Counted from the first letter of the stretch, positions 32,465 to 41,331 are shown. The stretch is DNA of 64,000 nucleotides from Candidatus Latescibacterota bacterium (GCA_965219385.1 CBDCNM010000001.1:1042631-1106630); one strand, 5' to 3'. Translations and numbers: made by a program. The notes: generated by a model not told the origin, from the sequence alone.

Positions 32465-32608
32465 CTAGATATCCAGGATCCCCTCCACTCCCCCAAAGTG
32501 CCCGTCCGGCCTACACAGGGCATAACCCACGATTCCCGGCAGGGTTGCTACATTGGCAACCTGGTCGAAGACCCCCTCATCCATCTCGCGCAACAGCTTC
32601 TCGATGGC
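32465..32608 (-). pseudogene. rtcB: RtcB RNA ligase N-terminal remnant
   Basis: My translation AIEKLLREMDEGVFDQVANVATLPGIVGYALCRPDGHFGGV matches the RtcB pattern Q..NVATLPGI..A..MPD.H. Confidence 0.72.
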
Positions 32609-34267
32609 TCAGTTCTGGTTGATGGTGTTTCTGGAGCGGCGGTTGGAGCGCGGTCTCCGCCCCCCCGAATTGCGGTTCATCCCCTGTCTGTTTCGCGCCC
32701 TTCCCGCGAAGCGCACCGACCGTGTTTCGCGCACCACCATCACCTTGACCTCGCCGGCAAAGGTCAACTCGTTCTTGACTCGTTCGGCAATGTCAAAGGC
32801 CAGCATCTCGGAGTCATCGTCGCTTATTTCATCCCCTCTGACCATGACGCGAAGCTCGCGGCCCGCATTTATGGCATATACATCCTGCACTCCATCGAAG
32901 GAATTGGCGATTTCTTCCAGGCGCATGATGCGGCGGGCGTAGCCCTCCAGATCCTCGTGCCGCCCCCCGGGGCGGATGGACGAGATGGTATCGGCGGCCT
33001 TGACGATAAAAAAGATCGGGGACAGCCGTTCGTTGTCGCCGTGGTGTTCGGCAATGACCTCCTTGACGATAGGGTGCTCGCCAAATTTTTCCCCCAACTC
33101 AACCCCCAGATTCATGTGGGTGCCTTCCATTTCGCGGCTGACCGTCTTGCCGATATCGTGCAACAGGCCAGCGCGGCGGGCCAGCGGCACATCCAGCCCG
33201 ATTTCGGCGGCCATCAAACCCGCCAGTTGGGCCACCTCCATGGAGTGCTGCAGCAGATTCTGTCCCACCGTGGTCCTGTACTTCATCATGCCTACATAGT
33301 GCGATAATTCCGGGTGGACATCCCGGGCACCGATTTCCTCCAGGGCCCTTTCCCCCTCTTCGAGCATGTCGTTTTCGAGCTCGTTTTTACACCTTTCCAC
33401 CACTTCTTCTATGCGGCTGGGGGTAAAACCGCCTTCGGCAATCAGCCGTTCCATGGCTCTTGCAGCCGCTTCTCTTTTGGCCGGATCAAACGACGATAGC
33501 AGGACCGTCTCCGGGGTATCGTCCACTACCACCTTGACGCCGGTCGCCGTCTCGAAGGCCCGTACATTGCGGCCCTCTTTGCCTATTATCCGGCTCTTGA
33601 TGTCCTCGTTGGGCAACATCACGGTTGAAGTAGATACCCGTACGGCTTCCTCCACGGCGCAACGCTGGATGGCAAGCGCAATGATTTTTCTGGCCTCGCG
33701 CTCCGACTCTTCTTTGGCCCGGGTGCGCTCGACGCGGATCATCGCCGCCGAGCGGGCCCGCACCTCCCCGGCCAGGTGCTCCAGGAGTTGCTCCTTGGCT
33801 TCGTCCGCCGTCATATTGGCCACCATTTCGAGGCGTTTGCGATAAGTCTCCAGGGTGTGGTTCAACTCCTCCGCGGCCTGTTGATTCGCCTTGTCGCGGC
33901 CTCTGAGCCGCTTTTCCTGATTCTTGAAGCGCCTCCACTCCTTGCGCAACTCCTCGCGCTCGTTGTTTACCTCGCGATCCTTGTGGGCCACGCCCTTTTC
34001 GCGCTGGCTCAGATCCCTTGCCTGCTTTTCAAGCCCTTTCTCCTCCTGCACTTTGAACTTGTACCAATTGTCCTTCTCTTCGAGAAAGACGAGTCGCTGC
34101 TTGGGTTCATCTTCGGCCAAACGCTTCAACCCATTCTCTCCGGCCTCTTCTTCTCTTGCCTGATTGTGCCTTTGCAACAGTCCTTTTATGAGGACCCCCA
34201 GGCCGGTTCCCAAGAGCATCAGGCCAAGAGCACTCGGTATAACAATCCAGAGATCTTGGTATGTCAT
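32609..34267 (-). CDS. rny: Ribonuclease Y
   Basis: N-terminal TM and coiled coil, KH domain (RIIGKEGRNVR), HD domain (QNLLQHS, GLLHDIGK) and YAINAGRELRV. Confidence 0.96.
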   Translation of the reverse strand: MTYQDLWIVIPSALGLMLLGTGLGVLIKGLLQRHNQAREEEAGENGLKRLAEDEPKQRLVFLEEKDNWYKFKVQEEKGLEKQARDLSQREKGVAHKDREVNNEREELRKEWRRFKNQEKRLRGRDKANQQAAEELNHTLETYRKRLEMVANMTADEAKEQLLEHLAGEVRARSAAMIRVERTRAKEESEREARKIIALAIQRCAVEEAVRVSTSTVMLPNEDIKSRIIGKEGRNVRAFETATGVKVVVDDTPETVLLSSFDPAKREAAARAMERLIAEGGFTPSRIEEVVERCKNELENDMLEEGERALEEIGARDVHPELSHYVGMMKYRTTVGQNLLQHSMEVAQLAGLMAAEIGLDVPLARRAGLLHDIGKTVSREMEGTHMNLGVELGEKFGEHPIVKEVIAEHHGDNERLSPIFFIVKAADTISSIRPGGRHEDLEGYARRIMRLEEIANSFDGVQDVYAINAGRELRVMVRGDEISDDDSEMLAFDIAERVKNELTFAGEVKVMVVRETRSVRFAGRARNRQGMNRNSGGRRPRSNRRSRNTINQN

Positions 34268-34282
34268 GGTTTACAGAACCTT

Positions 34283-35722
34283 TTAGGTAGTTGCGTTTGA
34301 ATATTCCGGATCGAGTCTCCTCGAAGGTTTCCAAGCCCCTTTGGGGGCTGCTTCGAGGGCGGCCCGGAGCATTTCTGCCCGCTCGGCCTCGTCCTGCCAG
34401 CGCTCCCGGGTCTCGGCCGGCAGGGTGTGGATGGGATCGAAGTAGAAGAAAAACTGGCCCGGACGGACCACCGGACTGGTGAACACGGCAATCCCGGTGT
34501 CGCGCTGGTAGCATTCGTAGGAATGCACGTTGCGCTTGCCCCCTCCCCCCAGGGTGTCCAGCACAAATGCCGGGGTATTGAAACCGGCCGTGAGGCCCCG
34601 CACCTGTTTTTCGAGCACGAGCGCCGCTTCCAGGGTCGTGCGCAGATCTTCCACCCCTTTTACCATATCGTGCACGAAGACATAGTAAGGATGTACATTG
34701 ACATAACTCAAGCGCCGCACCAGCAAATGCATGGTGGCCACATCGTCGTTTACACCGCGTTGCAGCACCGCCTGGTTGCGGACCGTGATCCCCAGTTCCA
34801 TGAGCCGGTTCAGGCCCTGGCGGGTAATCCCGGTAATTTCGCGGGGGTGGTTGAAATGGGTATGCAGAACCACCTCCTTGTGATTGCGGCGACCCGCTTC
34901 CACGACCCGGTTCAGGGCGTTGACCCACTCCTGGTCGGATACCAGCTTTTGGGGCACGACGGCCGGCCCTTTGCTGGCAAAGCGCAAGCGGCGGATGTGG
35001 TCCAACTCGAGAAGGGTGAATCCAATGTGTTCGATGTGCTCGGCTTTTAAGTTGTACACATCCCCACCGCTGATTACGATATCCTCCAGTTCGGGCCGGG
35101 AAGCAATGTAGGCGAAAGCCTCTTCCCAGCGGCGGGTATTCACCGCCAGGTGGAGTTTTTCAACGTCTTCCGTATCCAGCCCTACGGCATAGGAGCGGGT
35201 GCAGAACCGGCAATAGACCGGGCAGGTATCCAGGGCCAGAAAGAGAGCCCGGTCAAAGTAGCGGTGGGTCAAACCCGGCGCCGGAGAATCCGCTTGCTCG
35301 TGGAGCGAATCCAGGGTCAGCTTCGGGTGGTCGGGCAACAACCTGGACCCCACCGGCACAAACTGAATCCGCAACGGGTCGCCATACGGCTCGTCCCAGT
35401 CGATCAGGCTCGCGATATAAGGCGAAATCCGCATGCTCATGGTGGACCGCCGCAATCCCTGGGCCACGTCCTCGTAAAAGGCCCCGGGCACCAGCTGGCC
35501 CACCACCTCCCGCAGCTTGCGCAAAGAGGTAATGCAATTGCGGACCTGGAAGCGGTGGTCGTGGAACTTCTCGGGCCCCAGATTTCGGTAGGCCGGAATC
35601 CGGCGCCAGAATTCGTCGTCGCGCAGTTCCTTGTGCTGCAAGAGGACCGGATCCACCGGGGGTTTGAGCGCCGGGGGATCCGCGGTGGAGACCAGGTCTT
35701 GCGGTTGCAGTGTATGGGTCAT
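34283..35722 (-). CDS. KamA family radical SAM protein (lysine 2,3-aminomutase-like)
   Basis: GLTHRY, CPVYCRFCTR, SGGD, HFNHPREI, NQAVL and PLP-lysine motif GGGGK. Confidence 0.9.
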   Translation of the reverse strand: MTHTLQPQDLVSTADPPALKPPVDPVLLQHKELRDDEFWRRIPAYRNLGPEKFHDHRFQVRNCITSLRKLREVVGQLVPGAFYEDVAQGLRRSTMSMRISPYIASLIDWDEPYGDPLRIQFVPVGSRLLPDHPKLTLDSLHEQADSPAPGLTHRYFDRALFLALDTCPVYCRFCTRSYAVGLDTEDVEKLHLAVNTRRWEEAFAYIASRPELEDIVISGGDVYNLKAEHIEHIGFTLLELDHIRRLRFASKGPAVVPQKLVSDQEWVNALNRVVEAGRRNHKEVVLHTHFNHPREITGITRQGLNRLMELGITVRNQAVLQRGVNDDVATMHLLVRRLSYVNVHPYYVFVHDMVKGVEDLRTTLEAALVLEKQVRGLTAGFNTPAFVLDTLGGGGKRNVHSYECYQRDTGIAVFTSPVVRPGQFFFYFDPIHTLPAETRERWQDEAERAEMLRAALEAAPKGAWKPSRRLDPEYSNATT

Positions 35723-35740
35723 TTTTGCATCGTTCAGCAG

Positions 35741-35780
35741 AAAAAAATGGAGGGGCAAAAGCCCGCGCTTGCCCCTCCAT
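35741..35780 (-). terminator. Intrinsic terminator after the peroxiredoxin gene
   Basis: ATGGAGGGGCAA / TTGCCCCTCCAT stem followed by a T-run on the minus strand. Confidence 0.75.
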
Positions 35781-35801
35781 CTCCCCCCAAAAAGTGGATG
35801 T

Positions 35802-36269
35802 TTAGTTCAACGATTCCAGACAGGACTTGATGGCTTCGAAGTCCGGCATCACCTTGGCATCGTCCGCAATCGACATATAGCGAATGATGCCCTGCTTGTC
35901 GACGACAAAGGCGGAGCGCTTGGCCACCCCAATGAACCCGAGAAGCTCATCATACTGGGCTCCATAGGTGGCGGATACTTCCTTGTTAAAGTCGCTGAGA
36001 AGGGGTATGGTTATGCCTTCTTTGGCCGCCCAGGCCTGGAGACTGAAGGGGCTATCCACACTGATGCCCAGGACCTCGGCGTCGAGGTTTTTATACCCTT
36101 CCAGCCCCTCGGATACCGTGCACAACTCCTCGGTACACACCCCGGTAAAAGCCAGCGGAACAAATAGAAGGAGGACATTTTTTCCGCGTAAGGAGTCGAG
36201 ACTAACCTCCTCTAAGTCGGTGTTTTTCAGGGTAAAATCAGGGGCTTTATCCCCAACTTGCACAGCCAT
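35802..36269 (-). CDS. Peroxiredoxin (AhpE-like redoxin)
   Basis: VGDKAPDFTL, PLAFTGVCTEELC, GISVDS and LLSDF. Confidence 0.92.
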   Translation of the reverse strand: MAVQVGDKAPDFTLKNTDLEEVSLDSLRGKNVLLLFVPLAFTGVCTEELCTVSEGLEGYKNLDAEVLGISVDSPFSLQAWAAKEGITIPLLSDFNKEVSATYGAQYDELLGFIGVAKRSAFVVDKQGIIRYMSIADDAKVMPDFEAIKSCLESLN

Positions 36270-36283
36270 TTATGATGTCCTTC

Positions 36284-36892
36284 TCAAGTGGCGGCCGCAA
36301 AGCGCCGTGCAACTTCGTCCCAGTTGACCACATTCCAAAAAGCCGCAATGTAGTCGGGCCGGCGATTCTGGTAGTTCAGGTAATAGGCATGCTCCCATAC
36401 GTCCAGGCCGAGAATCGGCGTCCCGTCCCCGGACATGATCGGGTTGTCCTGATTGGGGGTACTGAGGACTTCGAGCTTGCCGTCCTTGACTACCAGCCAG
36501 GCCCAGCCGCTGCCAAAGCGGGTGGCGCCGGCCGTGGCGAACTTTTCTTTGAAGGCATCCAGGCCGCCCAGATCGCTGTCGATGGCCGCGGCCAGATCAC
36601 CGCCGGGCGCACCGCTGTCGCCGCTCATTACGGTCCAGAAAAGGCTGTGGTTGGCGTGCCCTCCACCGTTGTTGCGCACGGCCGTGCGGATATCCTCGGG
36701 CACAGCATCCAGATCGCCGATGAGGCCCTCGACCTCTTTGCCCGCCAGGTCGGGATGTCCCTCCAGGGCGGTGTTGACATTGGTGATATAGGTGTTGTGG
36801 TGTTTGGTGTGGTGAATCTCCATGGTGCGGGCATCGATATGGGGCTTGAGTGCGTCGTACCCATAGGGAAGATCGGGAAGTGAATAAGCCAT
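36284..36892 (-). CDS. sodA: Superoxide dismutase, Mn/Fe family (Mn-type signature)
   Basis: [26 protein letters not shown] and DVWEHAYY. Confidence 0.96.
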   Translation of the reverse strand: MAYSLPDLPYGYDALKPHIDARTMEIHHTKHHNTYITNVNTALEGHPDLAGKEVEGLIGDLDAVPEDIRTAVRNNGGGHANHSLFWTVMSGDSGAPGGDLAAAIDSDLGGLDAFKEKFATAGATRFGSGWAWLVVKDGKLEVLSTPNQDNPIMSGDGTPILGLDVWEHAYYLNYQNRRPDYIAAFWNVVNWDEVARRFAAAT

Positions 36893-36943
36893 CTTGGTTT
36901 CCTTTCATTGTGGGGTTGTTGGTTGAAGGGAAGGGAGAGAATA

Positions 36944-37324
36944 TCAGGCCCGTTCCGCTTGGGCCCAATAATCTTGCAAAGCCGCTCGAACGGCGTCTTC
37001 GGCCAGGACCGAGCAATGCAATTTCATGGGGGGCAGCCCCCCCAGAGCTGCGGCAATATCCTCTTTGCGCAATTGCTGGACATCTTCCAGGGGCTCCCCC
37101 TGGATCATCTCTGTCAGCATGGAACTAGCTGCAATCGCAGCGGCACAACCAAAGGTCTTGAAAGTGGCACGGGTGATGCGCCCTTCTTCGATCCGCAGGT
37201 AGAGTTGCAGCATATCGCCGCAGGCCGAATTTTCTACCAGACCCACTGCATCCGCGGCTTCTAGTTCTCCCACATTGCGCGGATTTTGGTAGTGATCCAG
37301 TATTTTATCGTTGTAGAGGGACAT
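36944..37324 (-). CDS. iscU: Fe-S cluster scaffold, IscU/NifU N-terminal family
   Basis: DHYQNPRNVG, ACGD, TFGC and KLHCSVLA. Confidence 0.9.
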   Translation of the reverse strand: MSLYNDKILDHYQNPRNVGELEAADAVGLVENSACGDMLQLYLRIEEGRITRATFKTFGCAAAIAASSMLTEMIQGEPLEDVQQLRKEDIAAALGGLPPMKLHCSVLAEDAVRAALQDYWAQAERA

Positions 37325-37385
37325 GCCTGTACCGTACTGAAATCATTAAAAAACACCGCTATAGGTGCAGGAATTAATCATTTCC

Positions 37386-37414
37386 AATATACACCTGTCA
37401 GGATGCGGTGTCAA
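37386..37414 (-). promoter_or_regulatory. Sigma70 promoter for iscU-sodA-prx
   Basis: TTGACA-N17-TATATT about 60 bp upstream of iscU. Confidence 0.7.
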
Positions 37415-37456
37415 CCCGTCCTCGGGCTTTTAACCCACCTTGGTGAGCAGGTGTTT

Positions 37457-37777
37457 TCAGGCCTTAAAATCGATGAGGCCGGTCTTGCCCCCGGCACAAT
37501 CTTTCCAGTAATTCCGCACCATCTGCAACAATTCCCACATGATGGTGTCTCTGGCCACGCGATCGATGATGCCCTCGAGTTGCTCTGCCTTTTCCCCGTC
37601 GATCAAGCCCAGGCCGCTCATCATGGTAAGATGGTGAATCATCCCGGTCTGGAGCAAGGTCCGATTCATATCGGCCGGGGAAATGCCGCTTTTGGATTCG
37701 AATTCCTCCATCAAAGCAGCGTACAACTCGGCCAGATCCTGCGCGACCGTGGTCTCTAACTTGAAGATCTTTTCCAT
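37457..37777 (-). CDS. Hypothetical helical protein at the end of the psp gene run
   Basis: 106-aa ORF from ATG 37777 with an AAGGA RBS; no family recognised. Confidence 0.7.
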   Translation of the reverse strand: MEKIFKLETTVAQDLAELYAALMEEFESKSGISPADMNRTLLQTGMIHHLTMMSGLGLIDGEKAEQLEGIIDRVARDTIMWELLQMVRNYWKDCAGGKTGLIDFKA

Positions 37778-37836
37778 TGTCCTTCTTAATTTATGCCCCC
37801 TGGCCGCCCATATAGTCGGAAACCTGGCCCGGACTG

Positions 37837-39306
37837 TCAAGAGTCCTCCCTACCCCCAATCAGATCGTGTTTGCGCAGGAGATGGCGAAAGCGGTCGTAG
37901 GACAACTTCAGGCTTTTTGCGGCCTCCTTCTGGCTCCCCCCGGCCCGCTCCAGCGCCCGCTTCAACAAACCCAACTCCAGGCCCCGGGTCTGCTCGTCAA
38001 AGCTCCCATCCCCAACCAGCGGCCCGCCTTGGCCCTGTACTTCGGGCGGCAAATCTTCGACCTCGATACCCTCTTCCCGGGCCACGCACAAGGCCCGCTC
38101 CACCGCGAACTTGAGTTCCCTCACATTGCCGGGCCAGGCGTAGCTTTCCATGGCGCGCAGGGCCGCCTCGCCAAAGGGGCGCAACTGAATCGATGGCACC
38201 TCGGCGCAAATTTGGCGGGCAAAATAATCGGCCAGGGGGCGCATATCCTCAATCCGCTGGCGCAGCGGGGGAAGGTGTATGATTGAAAAACGGAGACGGT
38301 CGTACAGATCCGCCCGAAAGCGGCCCGCCTCTATTTCGGCTTCGAGGTCCGCGTTGGTCGCGGCCACTACCCGCACATCCACCTGGATGGTGTGGGTCCC
38401 GCCGATGCGTTCGAATTCCTGGTACTCAAGTACCCGCAAGACGTTTTTCTGGAAATCCACCGAGGTATTGCCGACCTCGTCCAGAAACAGGGTGCCGCCA
38501 TCGGCGTTTTCAAAGCGGCCCCGGCGCAATTCCGCAGCCCCGGTGAAGGCCCCCTTCTCGTGGCCGAAAAGTTCGGATTCGAGCAGGGTTTCGGACAGGG
38601 CGGCACAATTCATCTTGACAAAGGGCCGCTTGCGCCGACTGCCGCCATAGTGCAGGGCCGCGGCGATCAACTCCTTGCCGGTGCCGCGTTCGCCCTGGAT
38701 CAGGACGGGCCGCGGAATGGAGGCGATTTGTTCGACCTGCTCGAGGAGGGCCTGGATTTTGGGACTGGCGCTGACTATCTGGTAGCGCTGCCCCAACTCG
38801 GTCCGGTAGAAAACATTGTCGCGCCCAAGGGCTTCGTTGTCGCGCCCAAGGGCTTCGTTGTCGCGCCCAAGGGCTTCGTTGTCGGCCTTTAAACGAGCAT
38901 TTTCGCGCAGCACCTGGAGCATGCGCTCGACCTTCTCCATGCTCAATTCCAGCTTGTCCTCAACGTAGAGGTCCTTTTCGATGAAATCGTCAGCCCCGTG
39001 CTGCACCGCTTCCACGGCTGCATCGATGCTGCCTTTGCCGGTCAGGATGATGACCGGCAGTTCGGCGCGCTCCTGTTTGATCTGCTTGAGGATCTCGATC
39101 CCATCCGGCTCACCGGCCCCGAAATCCAGATCCAGCACCACCAGTTCCACCCGCTCCTCCTCTCGGGGCAGGTGTTCTACCAGGCTGGTAGCACTGGAAA
39201 AGGCCAGGACCTCTTTGCCCCTCTGCCGCAGCTGGGCGGCCAGCAGGTCGCGCACCTGCGGCTGGTCATCGGCGATCAAAACGCAGTTTTTTACAGTTTT
39301 ACTCAT
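37837..39306 (-). CDS. Sigma54-dependent response regulator: REC + PspF-like AAA+ + HTH
   Basis: REC (IADD, VLDLD, LTG, IEK), GERGTGKELIA, GAFTGA, FRADLYDRL, WPGNVREL and HTH LSYDRFRHLLRKH. Confidence 0.93.
   Translation of the reverse strand: MSKTVKNCVLIADDQPQVRDLLAAQLRQRGKEVLAFSSATSLVEHLPREEERVELVVLDLDFGAGEPDGIEILKQIKQERAELPVIILTGKGSIDAAVEAVQHGADDFIEKDLYVEDKLELSMEKVERMLQVLRENARLKADNEALGRDNEALGRDNEALGRDNVFYRTELGQRYQIVSASPKIQALLEQVEQIASIPRPVLIQGERGTGKELIAAALHYGGSRRKRPFVKMNCAALSETLLESELFGHEKGAFTGAAELRRGRFENADGGTLFLDEVGNTSVDFQKNVLRVLEYQEFERIGGTHTIQVDVRVVAATNADLEAEIEAGRFRADLYDRLRFSIIHLPPLRQRIEDMRPLADYFARQICAEVPSIQLRPFGEAALRAMESYAWPGNVRELKFAVERALCVAREEGIEVEDLPPEVQGQGGPLVGDGSFDEQTRGLELGLLKRALERAGGSQKEAAKSLKLSYDRFRHLLRKHDLIGGREDS
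38816..38884. repeat. 21-bp perfect tandem repeat x3.3 (encodes DNEALGR)
   Basis: TTGTCGCGCCCAAGGGCTTCG three times plus TTGTCG. Confidence 0.95.
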
Positions 39307-39330
39307 GGCGGTACCGACGTGATAAAATCT

Positions 39331-40899
39331 CTATAAGTAATTGTCCCCCAGGCTTTCACCGCTACTTCCAGCCTCGTAGTTCAGCGGTATATCCAGGCGG
39401 AAGACAGCCCCGTGCCCCAGCCTGCTCTTTACCCGCAACTCACCGTGGTGGGCCTGGACCAGGCGCCGGGCAATGCTCAACCCGTAGCCGTTGCCCCTTT
39501 CCTTGGTACTGAACCCCGGGTCGAAGACGTGCTTGAGATGCTCTTCGGCAATGCCGGGTCCATCGTCTTCAACCTCGATGAATACCATGGCCCGCTCCTG
39601 GTTGTACCCCACCCCCACGCCCACTTCCCCTCCCCCTTCGGCTAGGGCTTCGAGGGCATTGAGGCACAAATTGGTTACGGCCTCCCTCAGCATCCGTTCA
39701 TCCGCTTCGATCCGCGGCACCCCTTCCTGGACCCGGATCCGCAGCTGGGCTCCGCTGGTCTGACTCTTCACCGTCTCGACCACCTTGTACACCAGCCCGG
39801 CAGGATCAAAAAGTCCAGGACGCACCCGCTCGGGTTTCATGGCCTCCAGGTATCTCACCCATTCTTCGTAAAGCTGTTCGTGCTCGGCGGCCAGACCTGC
39901 CAGATCGCCTTCCCATGGGGCTTGGCCCCGGACCCGCCGCACTAGGCTGCGCAGCCGGCTGCCGGCGATGCCCAGCAAATTTTTGAGCTGGTGCCCTTTG
40001 GTGTAGAGCCCTTCGTAGGCCTGTTCCCTGCCCAGTTCGACCAGCTCGAGCGACAGGCGCGCCAGGACCTGAGATGCGCTGGGGCCGAATTCCTCGGCGA
40101 TATGCTGGTATTCCTGGGGCAGATCCCCGGGTTTGACATGGTGGAAAAACAGCCGGGCCAGATGGGTGTAGGGAGCGCGAAAGGTCGGATCCAGCTGGAT
40201 GGCTACCTTGAATTCTCCCAGGGCCCCCAGGATCTGACTGCCACGCATAAGTAAAACCCCTAAACTATTGTGACCCAATGCAGAAAGTGGATTAACACTC
40301 AGCCCCTTTCGAAAGGCTTTAATGGCTTGCGGATGGGTTTCCTCCCCCTCGGTATAAATATTGCCCAGGGCAAAACAGACCCGGTCCAGACCGTCGTAGT
40401 CTTCTCCCTTATCCACAGCCTCTACAATGGCCTCGAAGTGGTGAATAGCCCGCTGGCGCTTTTCGCTCTTGCGCCGGGCTGAGCCGGCAAAGATCAAGCC
40501 TAGTTGAAAATGGGCCTCGAGCTTGCCGGCTGCCGCCGCTGCTGCAAAGGTATCAATCGCATCCTGAACCCGCCCCCCCTGCAGCTGGCACAGCCCCAGC
40601 CGAAAAAGCAGATTGGCCTCTCCTGGTTCCCGTACCAGCCCCTTCTCGAAGGCCTCTTCGGCCTCCCTCCATTGCTCTAGGCGATAATGGGCCAAACCCA
40701 AATCGCGCCAGGCACCCGGATAGCCCGGGTCTTTTTCCAGGACCTGCTGAAAACCCTGGACAGCGGCTTTGAAGGCCCCCTTTTTCAGATCGTCCCGGCC
40801 CTGGTGGTAGACATCTGTGACTGGTTGGCCGCTGCCGCCGGCCAACTCTTCCGCCTCCGCGGGCGGGCGGGCACCCTGTAGCCCTGGCCTATTTGACAT
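39331..40899 (-). CDS. Soluble TPR-repeat sensor histidine kinase
   Basis: Several TPRs (AWRDLGLAHYRL, LLFRLGLC, GHNSLGVLL), H-box GHQLKNLL, N-box NLCLNA, DDGPG, FSTK, GYGL. No TM segment; ATG at 40899. Confidence 0.9.
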   Translation of the reverse strand: MSNRPGLQGARPPAEAEELAGGSGQPVTDVYHQGRDDLKKGAFKAAVQGFQQVLEKDPGYPGAWRDLGLAHYRLEQWREAEEAFEKGLVREPGEANLLFRLGLCQLQGGRVQDAIDTFAAAAAAGKLEAHFQLGLIFAGSARRKSEKRQRAIHHFEAIVEAVDKGEDYDGLDRVCFALGNIYTEGEETHPQAIKAFRKGLSVNPLSALGHNSLGVLLMRGSQILGALGEFKVAIQLDPTFRAPYTHLARLFFHHVKPGDLPQEYQHIAEEFGPSASQVLARLSLELVELGREQAYEGLYTKGHQLKNLLGIAGSRLRSLVRRVRGQAPWEGDLAGLAAEHEQLYEEWVRYLEAMKPERVRPGLFDPAGLVYKVVETVKSQTSGAQLRIRVQEGVPRIEADERMLREAVTNLCLNALEALAEGGGEVGVGVGYNQERAMVFIEVEDDGPGIAEEHLKHVFDPGFSTKERGNGYGLSIARRLVQAHHGELRVKSRLGHGAVFRLDIPLNYEAGSSGESLGDNYL

Positions 40900-40915
40900 A
40901 CCTGAGTCCCCAAAC

Positions 40916-41071
40916 TCAACTTTTGAGCAGACGCCAACCTGCAAAAAGCACCCCCAGCACAAAAAGCGCCAGGGCGATTTCCCAGATCAGGCCGATCAAA
41001 ACCCCCGCGATCTTCAGCGCCAGCAAGGCCCCCACGACCAGCAGCGCAACACCTGCTATCTTGGCCAGCAT
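40916..41071 (-). CDS. 51-aa hydrophobic membrane protein (PspG-like size and character)
   Basis: Not in the ORF track: MLAKIAGVALLVVGALLALKIAGVLIGLIWEIALALFVLGVLFAGWRLLKS, with RBS GGAGG. Confidence 0.7.
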   Translation of the reverse strand: MLAKIAGVALLVVGALLALKIAGVLIGLIWEIALALFVLGVLFAGWRLLKS

Positions 41072-41076
41072 CTTTC

Positions 41077-41331
41077 CTACCTCCCTTGAATTTTGGCTTT
41101 TTCTGCTTCCCAGCGGTCGAATTTTTCGCTCAGGGCGATCATCACATCCTGCACGTCCGTCAAGCGCTGATCGATCTGGTCCAGGCGGTTTTACATCTTT
41201 TCCAACGCTTTGTCCCCATCTTTTTCTGAAGACATCCTCTTGATCCGTTTATCCGTGTTGAGATAGTTTACGAAGCCGATGCACAGAACGATCAAACTGA
41301 TTGCTAATGCGAGTTCGAATAGCCAGCCCAT
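41077..41331 (-). pseudogene. PspB-like TM + coiled-coil protein with an in-frame TAA at codon 47
   Basis: MGWLFELALAISLIVLCIGFVNYL...LEKM*NRLDQIDQRLTDVQDVMIALSEKFDRWE...; RBS GGAG; internal stop at 41191-41193. Confidence 0.65.

Noticed and set aside
34268..34282. 6S RNA upstream of rny
   Set aside because: Only 15 bp separate the KamA-family gene from rny.
38816..38884. Direct repeats as a CRISPR array
   Set aside because: Contiguous repeats with no spacers, inside a coding frame; no cas genes in the window.
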